DNA from: an uncultured Chloroflexia bacterium
GTDB taxonomy: Bacteria; Chloroflexota; Dehalococcoidia; UBA2979
Assembly: GCA_963728205.1 (NCBI GenBank)
Contig: CAVSIV010000006.1
Span: 416,001-480,000 of the forward strand
Direction: 5' to 3'
Length of the DNA stretch: 64,000 nt
This document shows positions 51,465 to 61,068 of this stretch, piece after piece. The notes beneath the pieces were generated by a model. That model did not search any database, was not told the DNA's origin, and saw only the letters and a list, made by a program, of their open reading frames with translations. A program made the translations under genes and the position numbers. How positions within the stretch are numbered: the first letter of the stretch is position 1; each line of letters opens with the position of its first letter.

Positions 51465-52673
51465 ATGACCACCTCCCGCCACCGCGCGCTCTTCCCGATG
51501 TGCCTGCTCGCCGCCGCCCTCGCGCTCGCCGCGACCGCCTGCGCGCCGACGGCCGGCTCCCCCGCGCCGACCGCCTACCCGCTCACGCTCGACGCCCCCG
51601 CCTACGCCGGCGCCACGCGGCCGGTCGCCGGCCTCGACGCCACCGCCGCGCCCACCCCCGCCGTGGAGCGCACGCTCGGCCCGCTGCCGGCGTCGACGGT
51701 CGGCTCGTGGGACGGCGCCTCGGTCGTCGTCTACGACCTGCAGAGCGGCCGCCGCATCGATCTCGGCCCGGGCCGCATCGGCCCCATCCCGGGTTTCAGT
51801 CCCGACGGCACGAAGTTCGCGTGGCTCGCCGGCTCCGCGCAGGAGCCCGCCGGCGGCAACCTCCCGCCGGCGCTCGAGGTGCGCGTGCTCGACCTCGCCA
51901 CCGGCGCCCAGCGCGGCTACGGGATGGGCATGTACGCCTGGTTCGTCGACAACGACACCCTCACCGTCGCCCGCGAGGGGCCGGACGGCGGGCCGCGCAA
52001 CGTCGACCTCGCCACGGGCACCGACGGGCCGCCGCGCGGCCCCACGACGCCCCCCGGCTCGGCGCCCAATCCCTTCCGCCTCCACTACCCCGGCTATCTC
52101 ATCGCCCGCGAGCACGCGCCGCTCGCGCTCCCCGCGGCCGACGCACCGTACGTGGTCGTCCCCGACGACGGCGGCCCCGCGCTGCGCTTCCAGGTACGGG
52201 CCGTGGTGCCGGACCCCGCCTCGCCGCACGTCGTGTTCGCCCTCGAAGACGGGCCCGCCGCGCACGAGCAGCGGCTCTTCCGGGTCGACGTCGACACCGC
52301 GACGGCGTCGCTGATCGCGACCGGCGACGCCGACGGCTACGACGGAACGTTCGCGCTCAACCGCACCGAGGTCGCGGTCGGCGACCGCCTCTGCCACGAC
52401 GACGGCCGCATCCTCGTCTACCGCTTCGATACCGGGCAGGTGACGGCGCTCCACACGAACGTCCCACCCGTGCGATCGACGGGCGGGGACGGGCTTTACG
52501 TGGATGGGTCGGGGCTCTTCGCCCGCGCGCGGCTCGACCCGACGACGTTCGCTTACGACGTCGTCCTGCCCGCGCCCGGCCTGTGGTCGCGCGACGGGCG
52601 GTGGGCGGCCGTCGGCCAGCCGGCGCTCGGGCCGCTCCCGGCCGACCCGTGCGCGGCGTCGACCGCCCCGTAG
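51465..52673 (+). CDS. TolB-like beta-propeller lipoprotein
   Basis: LAATAC lipobox; FSPDGTKFAW; VLDLATG; WSRDGRW. Confidence 0.75.
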   Translation: MTTSRHRALFPMCLLAAALALAATACAPTAGSPAPTAYPLTLDAPAYAGATRPVAGLDATAAPTPAVERTLGPLPASTVGSWDGASVVVYDLQSGRRIDLGPGRIGPIPGFSPDGTKFAWLAGSAQEPAGGNLPPALEVRVLDLATGAQRGYGMGMYAWFVDNDTLTVAREGPDGGPRNVDLATGTDGPPRGPTTPPGSAPNPFRLHYPGYLIAREHAPLALPAADAPYVVVPDDGGPALRFQVRAVVPDPASPHVVFALEDGPAAHEQRLFRVDVDTATASLIATGDADGYDGTFALNRTEVAVGDRLCHDDGRILVYRFDTGQVTALHTNVPPVRSTGGDGLYVDGSGLFARARLDPTTFAYDVVLPAPGLWSRDGRWAAVGQPALGPLPADPCAASTAP

Positions 52674-52854
52674 GCGACGCGGAGGCTCGTGGGCGGCGCC
52701 CCGCGTAAGGTGGCGCCATGTGGGAGCACCGCTGGCGCCTGCTCGCGATCGTCGCGCTGATCCTCGCGCCGTGGATCGCGGTCGGGATCGTCGTGCTCGT
52801 GCGGTAACGGCGCGTCGCCGGCGATCTGCGATCCGCGCGCCGCTGCGATCGTCG

Positions 52855-53414
52855 TCACGCGTCGCCCAGTCGCACCCCGATCGCATCCGCCGCCGCGCGC
52901 AGCAGCGGGTGGCGTACCGAGAGCACCTCGGGGGTGCCCCGCAGCGCCAACGCGTCCACGGCGCGCTCGGCGAACAGCGTGACGTTGCTCCACGCGGCGT
53001 CGAGCGTGGACCACCACGCGAACCCGGCACGGCCTTCGTCGAACACGCGCAGCGCGATCGCTCGCGTCGTCGCGCGATCCCGCGTCGCGACCTGAGACGG
53101 GCGCAGCCGGCGCGCCACGAGCGCGGCCGGAGCGTCGAGATCGACGAGGTCGGTGAGCCCCGCGTCGTCGAACGCCGCGAGCGCGAGACGCGCGCCGCCG
53201 GCGAGGCGAAGATCGCCGTCGCCGAGGGCCTGGCCGCGGAAGCCCTGGATGCGCTCGGCGACCGCGCTCACCTCCGAGCGCGAGGCATAGAGCGCCCCGT
53301 ACCGATCCGGGTGGTCGTGCCGGCGGCGCCCTGCCGGTCGCGCGGGACGTAGAGCGGGCCGCCGAGCGCGGACGGCGCGGCGCGGGGCGTGTGCGGGAAG
53401 ACGCGATACAGCAC
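52855..53414 (-). CDS. RES-domain toxin; frameshift near 53335
   Basis: LYRVF..GAGRHD..YGALYAS..AVAE..GFAWWS..NVTLF (R-E-S residues). Confidence 0.8.
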
Positions 53415-53417
53415 GGG

Positions 53418-53750
53418 TCAGGCGTAGGCGCCGGTCTCCTCGGCCTCGATCGCCTCGAGCACCTCAGCGACGCGCCCGTGCGCGAGGAGGTCGACCGGGC
53501 GCCGGTTGCCGAGGTGCGCGTTGGTGCCCTCGAGCCACTTGAGCGCGGTGTCGTGCTCCCAGACGTCGAGCAGCCGGCTGAGCACGAACTCGACGCCCTC
53601 GATCTTGCGGCGGTTGGTGGCGTCGGGTTCCTCGCTGGCGAGCCAGCGGCTCACGCGCGACGGGCTCACGCCGATCAGGCGCGCCAGCCGGGCCTGGCCG
53701 CCGACGTCGCGGCTGACCGCTCGAACGCGTTCGCGCGGTGCGACGGGCAT
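53418..53750 (-). CDS. Xre/MbcA/ParS antitoxin
   Basis: HTH QARLARLIGVSPSRVSRW; WLEGTNAHLGNRRPVDLL..GRVAEVLEAI..GAYA. Confidence 0.9.
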   Translation of the reverse strand: MPVAPRERVRAVSRDVGGQARLARLIGVSPSRVSRWLASEEPDATNRRKIEGVEFVLSRLLDVWEHDTALKWLEGTNAHLGNRRPVDLLAHGRVAEVLEAIEAEETGAYA

Positions 53751-53775
53751 GCTGCACCTCCCGCCGCCATCATCG

Positions 53776-53794
53776 CGCAACGGAAATCGTTGCG
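53776..53794. promoter_or_regulatory. Palindromic operator upstream of xre-res
   Basis: cgcaacg-gaaat-cgttgcg. Confidence 0.55.
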
Positions 53795-53921
53795 GCGCAA
53801 TGCGCAGCGGGACGACGGCGGCCTGTCCGTGCGGGCTGCGCGGTGCCGGCGCTGGTTCGCGGTGCGCGTCGCGCCGTGCCCGCGATGCAATCACTCGCGG
53901 CCGCGAGACGTTGCGGCCGAC

Positions 53922-55643
53922 CTACTGCGGCGAGTAGACCTCCGCCACCGTCGGATGCGCCGTGTTCGCTGCGTCGTCACCGATCACCAGCACGGAGCCG
54001 TCCTGCAGCGCCACCGCCTGCGGCTCGAGGTAGCCGTGCCGCAGTGGCGCGAGCGCGGTCAGCGCGCCCGTGCGCGTGTCGACGAACCACGCGCCGCTCG
54101 GCGCGCCGCCGGCGGCGGGCGTCGCGGTGATGCCCCCGGGCCAGTCCCCGCCGACGAGGAGCGCCCCGCCGCCCGGTAACGCCGTGAGCGCGACGTCGCC
54201 CGGCACCTGGCCGGCCCCGTCCGCGGGCAGCGGGCCGCCGAGCCGTCGCACGCTCCCGCTTGCGGGGTCGAGCACCAGCCACTGGTAGGCGAACCCGGCG
54301 ACGCCGTACGGGGGCAGCGCGGCCGGCGCGATTTGACGGACCCGGTCCTGCGTCAGCGGCTCCAACGCGCCGTTGGTTCCGCGCACCCCGCCACCGAGCA
54401 CGAGCACGCGCCCGTCGTCGAGCGTCGCCGCCGCTTCGGCCGCGAGCGGCAGCGTGGCCACCTGTACGAACGCACCCTCGTGGCTGTCGAGCGGCGACCA
54501 CGTCGGATACTGCGCAGGCGCGACGTACATCCCACGCCGGGGTGCCGTCGAGGCTGCCGTGGAAGAGCAGCGGCCCGCGCGGCGTAGCGACGAGCCCGCT
54601 GATCCCGAGCGGGTAACGCCCAGAAAGGCGGCACATGCGTCAAGCTGGCCCGCTCGGCGGGTCGAACTCGACGAGGCCGGGGATGCGAAGAGGACCCGGC
54701 CGTCGGGTAGCACCGCTCCGAAGTCGGCTCCACCGAGACTCCCGCGATGGAAGGTACGAACCCGCTGCCAACATGCGTCTGGGGCACGCCCGGTCCCGCA
54801 ATCGAGGTCTCGGTCCGCGGATGGTGAATCTCGAGCGGCGTGGCTGCGCCGGGCGTGGCGTTGAGCGGACGCGGCGTGGACGTCGGGCCGACGCGGTACG
54901 CGACCGGTCCCGTCCCGCCGCCCGCGATGAGCACGCGCCGTCGCCGAGCAGCACCGCCGACGCACCCGCCCGCGCGAACTGCAGGCGACCGGCGGAAACA
55001 AAGCCGGCAGCGCCCGGGTCGAAGCGGTAGACGCGGTCGGTCGGGCCGCAGGCGGTGACGCCGACGCGTCGCACACGATCCCGCCGGCGGCGATCACCGC
55101 GCCGTTCGGCAGCCGGGTGAGCGTGAAGCCGCCGACCGGGAACCCCGCCGGCAGCGTGAGCGCGGCCGAGTGGCCGGACCCCGCGGGCGGCGGCGGCAGC
55201 ACCGCGCCCGGCTCGACCGTCGCGGCCGGCGACGCCGTCGGCGGCGCGCCCGCCCCTCCGCCGCCGCGAGCCGAGCCGACCGCCGCGCGCGCGACGAGCC
55301 CGATCGCGACGACGAGGAGCACGCCCGCGACCCCCTTCGCGACCGCCCCCGCGCGCCCGTGCAGCAGGAACGCCGCCCACGCCGGACCGGGAGAGGACGC
55401 TCGCCCGGCGCCGGTCGCCGCCGGCTGCCCCTCCCACGTCGTGAGCTGGTCGCGGCCGGAGAAGTCGAGCTTCGCGAGGATGCTCGAGACGTGCGTCTTC
55501 ACGGTGTTCGCGCTCAGACCGAGCGCCTCGGCGATCTCGGGGTTCGTGCGGCCCTTGCGGACTTCATCGACGACCCGCCACTCGGCGGGGGTGAGGACGT
55601 CGGGGTGCGGCGGCCGCCCGCGGCGGCGGAAAAGCGAAGGCAT
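53922..55643 (-). CDS. N-terminal LuxR HTH + TM helix + Kelch-repeat propeller; frameshifted in the middle
   Basis: LTPAEWRVVDEVRKGRTNPEIAEALGLSANTVKTHVSSILAKL; TM GVAGVLLVVAIGLVA; LPNGAVIAAGG, LDDGRVLVLGG, LQDGSVLVIG..AEVYSP. Confidence 0.75.
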   Translation of the reverse strand: MPSLFRRRGRPPHPDVLTPAEWRVVDEVRKGRTNPEIAEALGLSANTVKTHVSSILAKLDFSGRDQLTTWEGQPAATGAGRASSPGPAWAAFLLHGRAGAVAKGVAGVLLVVAIGLVARAAVGSARGGGGAGAPPTASPAATVEPGAVLPPPPAGSGHSAALTLPAGFPVGGFTLTRLPNGAVIAAGGIVCDASASPPAARPTASTASTRALPALFPPVACSSRGRVRRRCCSATARAHRGRRDGTGRVPRRPDVHAASAQRHARRSHAARDSPSADRDLDCGTGRAPDACWQRVRTFHRGSLGGADFGAVLPDGRVLFASPASSSSTRRAGQLDACAAFLGVTRSGSAGSSLRRAGRCSSTAASTAPRRGMYVAPAQYPTWSPLDSHEGAFVQVATLPLAAEAAATLDDGRVLVLGGGVRGTNGALEPLTQDRVRQIAPAALPPYGVAGFAYQWLVLDPASGSVRRLGGPLPADGAGQVPGDVALTALPGGGALLVGGDWPGGITATPAAGGAPSGAWFVDTRTGALTALAPLRHGYLEPQAVALQDGSVLVIGDDAANTAHPTVAEVYSPQ

Positions 55644-55728
55644 GACCCGAGCCTAGGCGCGACCGCCGCGATTTACCTCACCCGGCGCGGAGAGGGAACG
55701 CAATCCGCCCGACCCGCGCAGAGCGCGA

Positions 55729-56337
55729 CTACTGCGCCGCGGCGAGCGCCTTCGACAGCAGCTGCTTCACCGTCTCGAACTGCGCGCTGTCCTGCGTGAT
55801 CGACAGCCCCGGCGTCGTGATCCCGACGACGCGGTCGCCCGCGCGCGCCTCGATCTCGGCCAGACCGGCCGTCAGCCCCTTGCTCGCGTCGGCCTGCTGG
55901 AACGCCGCCGCCGCCTCGTCGCCGATGCCGCTGAGGTCGACGACGTCGTAGCCGGAGGGCGCCAGGTTCGTCTTCAGGTCGTCCTTCAGCGAGCCGCTCG
56001 GCGGGATCACCACCTGCAGCTGCACCGCGGGGATGCCGTGCGCGTCCGGCCAGTCGCAGATCTTGTTCTTGCCCACGGTGGCGACCTTGCCGGCGCCGAG
56101 CGCCGGGTCGAGCTGCTGCACGTCGGCCGTGCTGAGCAGGCTGCACGGGTTCGTGTCGCCGACGCTCCCGGCGGCCGCGGCCTGCGTGGCGGAGGAGGAC
56201 GAGGATGGCGGCGGGGCGGTTGTCGGCGCCGACGCCGTGCCCGACGGGCTCGACCCGCCGCCGCACGCCGTCGCTGTGATCAGCGCCAGGGCCACCCCGA
56301 CTCCGATCGCGATCGTCACCGGTCCGCGGGTCCGCAT
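55729..56337 (-). CDS. DUF3558-like lipoprotein
   Basis: ITATAC lipobox; NPCSLLSTADVQQL..ICDW..LSGIGDEA. Confidence 0.75.
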   Translation of the reverse strand: MRTRGPVTIAIGVGVALALITATACGGGSSPSGTASAPTTAPPPSSSSSATQAAAAGSVGDTNPCSLLSTADVQQLDPALGAGKVATVGKNKICDWPDAHGIPAVQLQVVIPPSGSLKDDLKTNLAPSGYDVVDLSGIGDEAAAAFQQADASKGLTAGLAEIEARAGDRVVGITTPGLSITQDSAQFETVKQLLSKALAAAQ

Positions 56338-56542
56338 CGTCACCACCTCCACATCGATGTCCACGTTCGATACGGTCCCGCCCGGGTCGCGTCAGGGTAC
56401 TCGCGCGGCGCGACCTCGTCCGCGAGGCGGAGCGAGCGCCGCGGCTGGTCGCGGACTACCTTTCGCCGCGCCCGGGCGCGTGGCATCAGCGGGGCCGCGC
56501 GGATGCGGAGGCGATCGGCGTGCGGCGGCCGCCGCATCGCCG

Positions 56543-57742
56543 TCAGCGGCGCATCTGCAGCGTCCCTCCCAGGTAGTACTGCCCCACCATCTCGAAGTTC
56601 CCGGGCGCCACGGCCATGTGGTGCGTGAGCATGTGCACGTCGCGGAAGCAGCGCTCGAGCGCGCTCGCCGCGTAGATCGCCGTCCCGCCGGCCGCCTCGA
56701 ACACCAGGTCCACGGCCTCGACCGCGCACGCCGTCGCGTGCGTCGCCGCGAGGCGGACCGCGGCGCGGTCGTCGTCGGTCACCGGGGCGCCCGCCGCGTG
56801 CGCCGCCGTGACGTCGCGCACCGTGTCGTAGAGGTAGGCGCGCGCGGAGCGCAGGAGCGCCTCGGCGCGCCCGACGCTGAGCTGCACCGTGTGCTGATCG
56901 ACGAGCCGCGTCGAGCCGCCGGCGGGCACCTTCTCGCGGGCGAGGGCGACGAACGCGTCGATGGCCTCGCGCGCGATGCCGAACCCGACGGCCGCGACCA
57001 TCGGCGAGACGAGGCTCATGAAGGGCGTCGCCCACACGGCGTCGGGCCGCGCGGCCGGTCCGGCGCTCAGTGCCGGCAGCGGGATGGTGCGCTCCTCGGG
57101 GACCACGACGCCGTCGACCGCGAAGTCGTGGCTGCCGGTCGCGCGCAGGCCGAGCGCGTCCCAGGTGTCGACGACGCGGCAGTCGGCCGCGGGCATCACC
57201 GCGAGCCGCACGTCCGGCGCGCCCTCGGCCGTCATGCGCGGCGCGTCACCGTCGAAGACGACGCAGCCGCCGATGAGCCACGTCGCGTACTGGCAGCCGC
57301 TGGCGAACGACCACCGTCCGCTCACCTGGTAGCCGCCGGGCACGGGCACGGCGCGACCGGTGGGAGCGACCGCGCCACACGTCACGTTGCCGGGCGCCAC
57401 CACCGCGCGGGCGACGTCCGCCGGCAGGTAGTCCGCGAACAGGCCCTGCGCGCCCCAGATGCAGAGCAGCCACCCTGCCGAGCCGTCCACCCGCGCGACC
57501 GCCTCGACAACGTCGAGGAAGGTGGTGAGGCCGACCTGCGCGCCGCCGAGCGACCGCGGCGTGAGCAGGTCGAGCAGACCGGCGTCGCGCATCGCCGCGA
57601 AGAGCGGCTCGGGCGGCCGGCGCTCGCGCGCGCCCTCGTCGCGGCAGCCCACGATCGTCGGCGCGAGCGCGCGCGCCGCGGCTACCCAGCGTGCTGCCTC
57701 GTCGTTCGCGCGCTCACGCGCAGCCACAGTCGTCGTCGTCAT
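56543..57742 (-). CDS. Acyl-CoA dehydrogenase-fold flavin-dependent monooxygenase (HsaA-like hydroxylase)
   Basis: DGSAGW; GYQVSGRWSFASGC; DTWDALGLRATGSHD; AGGTAIY..LERCFRDVH. Confidence 0.88.
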   Translation of the reverse strand: MTTTTVAARERANDEAARWVAAARALAPTIVGCRDEGARERRPPEPLFAAMRDAGLLDLLTPRSLGGAQVGLTTFLDVVEAVARVDGSAGWLLCIWGAQGLFADYLPADVARAVVAPGNVTCGAVAPTGRAVPVPGGYQVSGRWSFASGCQYATWLIGGCVVFDGDAPRMTAEGAPDVRLAVMPAADCRVVDTWDALGLRATGSHDFAVDGVVVPEERTIPLPALSAGPAARPDAVWATPFMSLVSPMVAAVGFGIAREAIDAFVALAREKVPAGGSTRLVDQHTVQLSVGRAEALLRSARAYLYDTVRDVTAAHAAGAPVTDDDRAAVRLAATHATACAVEAVDLVFEAAGGTAIYAASALERCFRDVHMLTHHMAVAPGNFEMVGQYYLGGTLQMRR

Positions 57743-57829
57743 CGGTCACTCCTCCGCTGCCGCCCGTCCTGCCGGCCCGGCGACCGGCGCCGGTGTCGCG
57801 CAGGCTCGCGCGCGGGAAGGCGCGCAGCA

Positions 57830-57845
57830 TGGGTGAAAACCCCCA
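57830..57845. promoter_or_regulatory. Imperfect palindrome, candidate LuxR-regulator box upstream of the monooxygenase
   Basis: tgggtgaaaaccccca between the regulator stop and the monooxygenase start. Confidence 0.4.
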
Positions 57846-57868
57846 AAGCGGCGGCGCAAGCGGCGAAG

Positions 57869-59576
57869 TCAGTCCTGGTGACGCACGGCGTACGCGGCGG
57901 CCTCGGCGCGGTTGGCCAGGTCGAGCTTCGCGAGGATGCTCGCGACGTGGTGCTCGACCGTCTTGCGCGTGACCACGAGCCGCTCGGCGAGCTCGCGGTT
58001 CGACAGGCCCTCGGCGAGCAGGGCCAGCACCTCCTGCTCGCGCCGGGTGAGCACGGCGGCGCCACGCGCGCCGCGTGGACCGGAGCGTGCCGCCCGCACG
58101 CCGAGCGAGCGCAGGAGCGCGGCCGCCTGGTCCGCGAGCCGCTCCGCGCCGAGCGTCTCCGCTGCGCCCAGCGCCGCGCGCGCCTCGGCGACGGCGGCCT
58201 CGCCGTCCGCGCCGGCGAGCGCACGCGCGAGCAGCAGGCGCGTCCGCGCGGCCTCGAACGGCAGTTCGAGCCGCGTGAAGGCGGCCAGCGCGCGCTCGAG
58301 GCACGGCACCGCCGCAGCGGCGTCGCCGCCGGCGAGGAGCACCGCGCCGCGACCGCGCTCGCCGCGGGCCGCGATCGGCGCGCAGTCCGCCTCCGCGCCG
58401 AGCGTCGCGAGCGCCTCCGCGTGCGCGGCCGCGGCCGCGCGGTCGTCGCGCGCGAGCGCCGTCTCGATCAGCCGGTCGAGCAGCAGCGCGCGCTCGAGGC
58501 ACGCCGCCGCGCCGGCGCGGTACGGAGCGATGCGCGAGCGCCGCTGCTCCTCGATCTCGCGCAGCCGCCGGCCGAGCACGGTGCCGGCGGACGCCGAGGT
58601 CGCCGCGCAGCAGGTGCAGCAGCCCCAGCGCCGCGGCGACCGCCGCGTGCTCCTCGAAGCCCTCGAGCAGCCGCGCCGCTTCGCCGAGCCGCCCCTGCGC
58701 CAGCCGCAGCTCCGCGAGCTCGGCGAGCGCCTGCCCGTACAGCGCCCGCTCGGCGGCGCGGCCCGCGTGCAGCGCGACACGGAGCTCGCGGTCGGCGTCT
58801 TTCCACCGCCCGACCGCGACGAGCATGCCGCCGTAGTACGTGCGGCAGAGCGTGTGCAGGTGCATCGAGCCGTAGCGCTGCGCGAAGTCGTCGGCCGCCC
58901 GCACCCACTGCGCGGCGCGCTCCACCGCGGCGACCTGGCTGCACGCGCTGATCATGTTGCAGCTGGCGTGGATGACCGTTTCCGGGCGCCGGCCCTCGCC
59001 GGCGAGCGCGGCGGCCATCGCCTCGTCGAGCAGGGCGCTGCCCTCGTCCACCGCGCCGAGCTGGACGAGGGCGGCGCCGGCCTGGCTGAGCGCGCACAGC
59101 TCGAGATCCGGATCCTCGAACCGCCGCGCGAGCTCCCGTGCCTCGCGCGCCCATCGCTCGGCGCGCTCGGCGTCGTCGCTGTCGTGCGCGCGCAACAGCA
59201 GCACCCAGCCGGCGAGCGGCGCGAGGTCGTGCTCGTCGACGAGCCGCGCGAGCCGTCCGAGCCACCCGCGGGCGACGGTGGAGTTGCCCAGGCTCACGCG
59301 GTAGCCGAAGTAGAGCGCGATTGCGATGAGCGCGGCTTGCGCGGGGACGCCCCCGCGCAGGTACGCCGCGTAGGCCGCGCGCTGGCAGCGCAGCGACTCC
59401 TCGACATCGCCGAGCCAGTACAACGCCGTGCCCAGGCCCGCACGGGCCTCCGGCGACTCGGCGCCGTCCAGGATCTCGCGGTAGCCGTCGCGGGCCCCGG
59501 CCCAGTCCCCCCGGCGGAGGGCTTCGGCAGCGAGGTCGAACTGCGCGCGCTCGTGACCGGGCGTCGAAAGCGGCAT
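57869..59576 (-). CDS. TPR-containing LuxR-family transcriptional regulator; frameshift near 58595
   Basis: TPR-like N-terminal part (ORF 57714..59576) and C-terminal [43 protein letters not shown]. Confidence 0.88.
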
Positions 59577-59944
59577 GCGCCGACGCTAGCACGCGCGCAC
59601 GCGGCATCGCGCCCTCGCACAGGCGGCCGGGCCGCCGAACACAGCCGGGCCGCTCGGCGCGACGCGCGCGTTCACGCCCGGATGCTCGCGCATTCGCCCC
59701 GTGCGGCTCCGAAGCGTGCAAACCGATCGCGAGCCGCCTGCAACGCCGCCGGCGTGCAGCGTTATCGTGCGCGAACCCGCGCGGCGTAGCCTGGGGTGCG
59801 ACGGAACGTCGCCCGCCGCAGGGCGAGTCGCTCCGTCGGCCTGCCCCTCCGCGGCGCGCTCCGCCGCACACGTCTCGCGCGCCCGGGCGGGCGGGCCCCT
59901 CGGAGTAGACGGCGCCGCCGAACGTGGCGTTGCGGCGACTATCC

Positions 59945-59973
59945 CGGCGGACCGCCATCCGGGCGGTCCGCCG
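59945..59973. terminator. Perfect 12-bp stem hairpin downstream of the ZIP gene
   Basis: cggcggaccgcc-atccg-ggcggtccgccg. Confidence 0.45.
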
Positions 59974-60075
59974 TTCTGTCCGCCGCCGGGTTGCGCCTCA
60001 CCCGGCACCCGCGCCCGCTCGCCACCAGCGAGGGCACGCCAGTCGAGCACGTCGGTGCGCGGCGCCACCCGCGTC

Positions 60076-60960
60076 TCAGATCCACCCTCCGAGCGCGGCC
60101 ATCAGCGCGAAGCCCGCGGCGGCGAGCAGCCACTTCAGTCCGCGGTCCTTCGGCGAGTCGAACTCGGTGCTGAGGATGTCGAGGCTCGCGATGTACAGCA
60201 GCGTGCCGGCGGCAACCGAGTCGAAGACCGCCTCGACGACCTGCCCGTGGGTGCCGGTCACGAGGCTCGCCGCGACGGCGCCGAGCGCGATGCCGGTCGG
60301 CGTCATCACCGCGAAGCCGGCGAGCCCGGGCGCGGTCGGCCTCCACGCCGCGCCGGCGCGCAGGAAGCCGGTGCCGATGGCGAACCCGGCGAGCCCCTTG
60401 TGCGCGGCGACCGCCGCGAAGATCACGAGCGCGGTGCCCAGCGCGGCCTGCGACCCGACGGCGAGCCCGAGGATCACCGAGTGCAGCGAAAGCACGAGCA
60501 GCAGGACGAGCGCGCCCGCGCTGCGGTCGGCGGCGGCGGCGTCCGCGGGCGTGGGCGCGGCGTCGCGATCGCGCGCGACGTGGTGCCCGGCGCCGACCTC
60601 GTGGCGGCTGCCGGTCGGGCCAACCACCTCGGCGAGCTCGCCGATCACCGGCCGGTCCGCCACGATCACGTCCTCGACCAGCAGGATGAGAAAGAAGCCG
60701 CAGCCCGCGAGCGCGAGCGCGACCGGGTAGTCCAGCCCCGGCGCCACGCGCGCGAAGACGTCGACGCCGTGGCCCAGCAGGTGCACGAGCCCCGCGCCCG
60801 CGAGCACGCCGGCCGCGAAGGTGTCGCCGAGCGAGAGCGCGCGATCGCTCGACGGCCCGCGCGCGAGCAGCCACGGCAGCGAGGCCCCGGCGAACCCGAT
60901 CGCGAACGCGCCGGCCGCGAGGCCGAGCTTGAGCAGCAGCAGCGACACGCGCCCCTCCAC
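60076..60960 (-). CDS. ZIP-family metal transporter
   Basis: FAAGVLAGAGLVHLL; LSLHSVILGLAVG; AVAAHKGLAGF; MTPTG; AAGTLLYI. Confidence 0.9.
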   Translation of the reverse strand: MEGRVSLLLLKLGLAAGAFAIGFAGASLPWLLARGPSSDRALSLGDTFAAGVLAGAGLVHLLGHGVDVFARVAPGLDYPVALALAGCGFFLILLVEDVIVADRPVIGELAEVVGPTGSRHEVGAGHHVARDRDAAPTPADAAAADRSAGALVLLLVLSLHSVILGLAVGSQAALGTALVIFAAVAAHKGLAGFAIGTGFLRAGAAWRPTAPGLAGFAVMTPTGIALGAVAASLVTGTHGQVVEAVFDSVAAGTLLYIASLDILSTEFDSPKDRGLKWLLAAAGFALMAALGGWI

Positions 60961-61068
60961 GATCCAGTATCCGGGCGGTGTCGCGTGCGCTTCGAACGGT
61001 GGGAGTCGCCCCCTGCTCGCCGCCGCGCGAGGACGGTTCGCTGCGGCCGTGGCGACGGCGAGGTGCTC

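Noticed and set aside
201-59576. About 20 frameshifted genes as programmed frameshifting or phase variation
   Set aside because: Shifts hit every gene class (peptidase, LuxR regulator, RES toxin, lipoproteins) and lack a shared slippery motif, so long-read indel errors are the simpler explanation.
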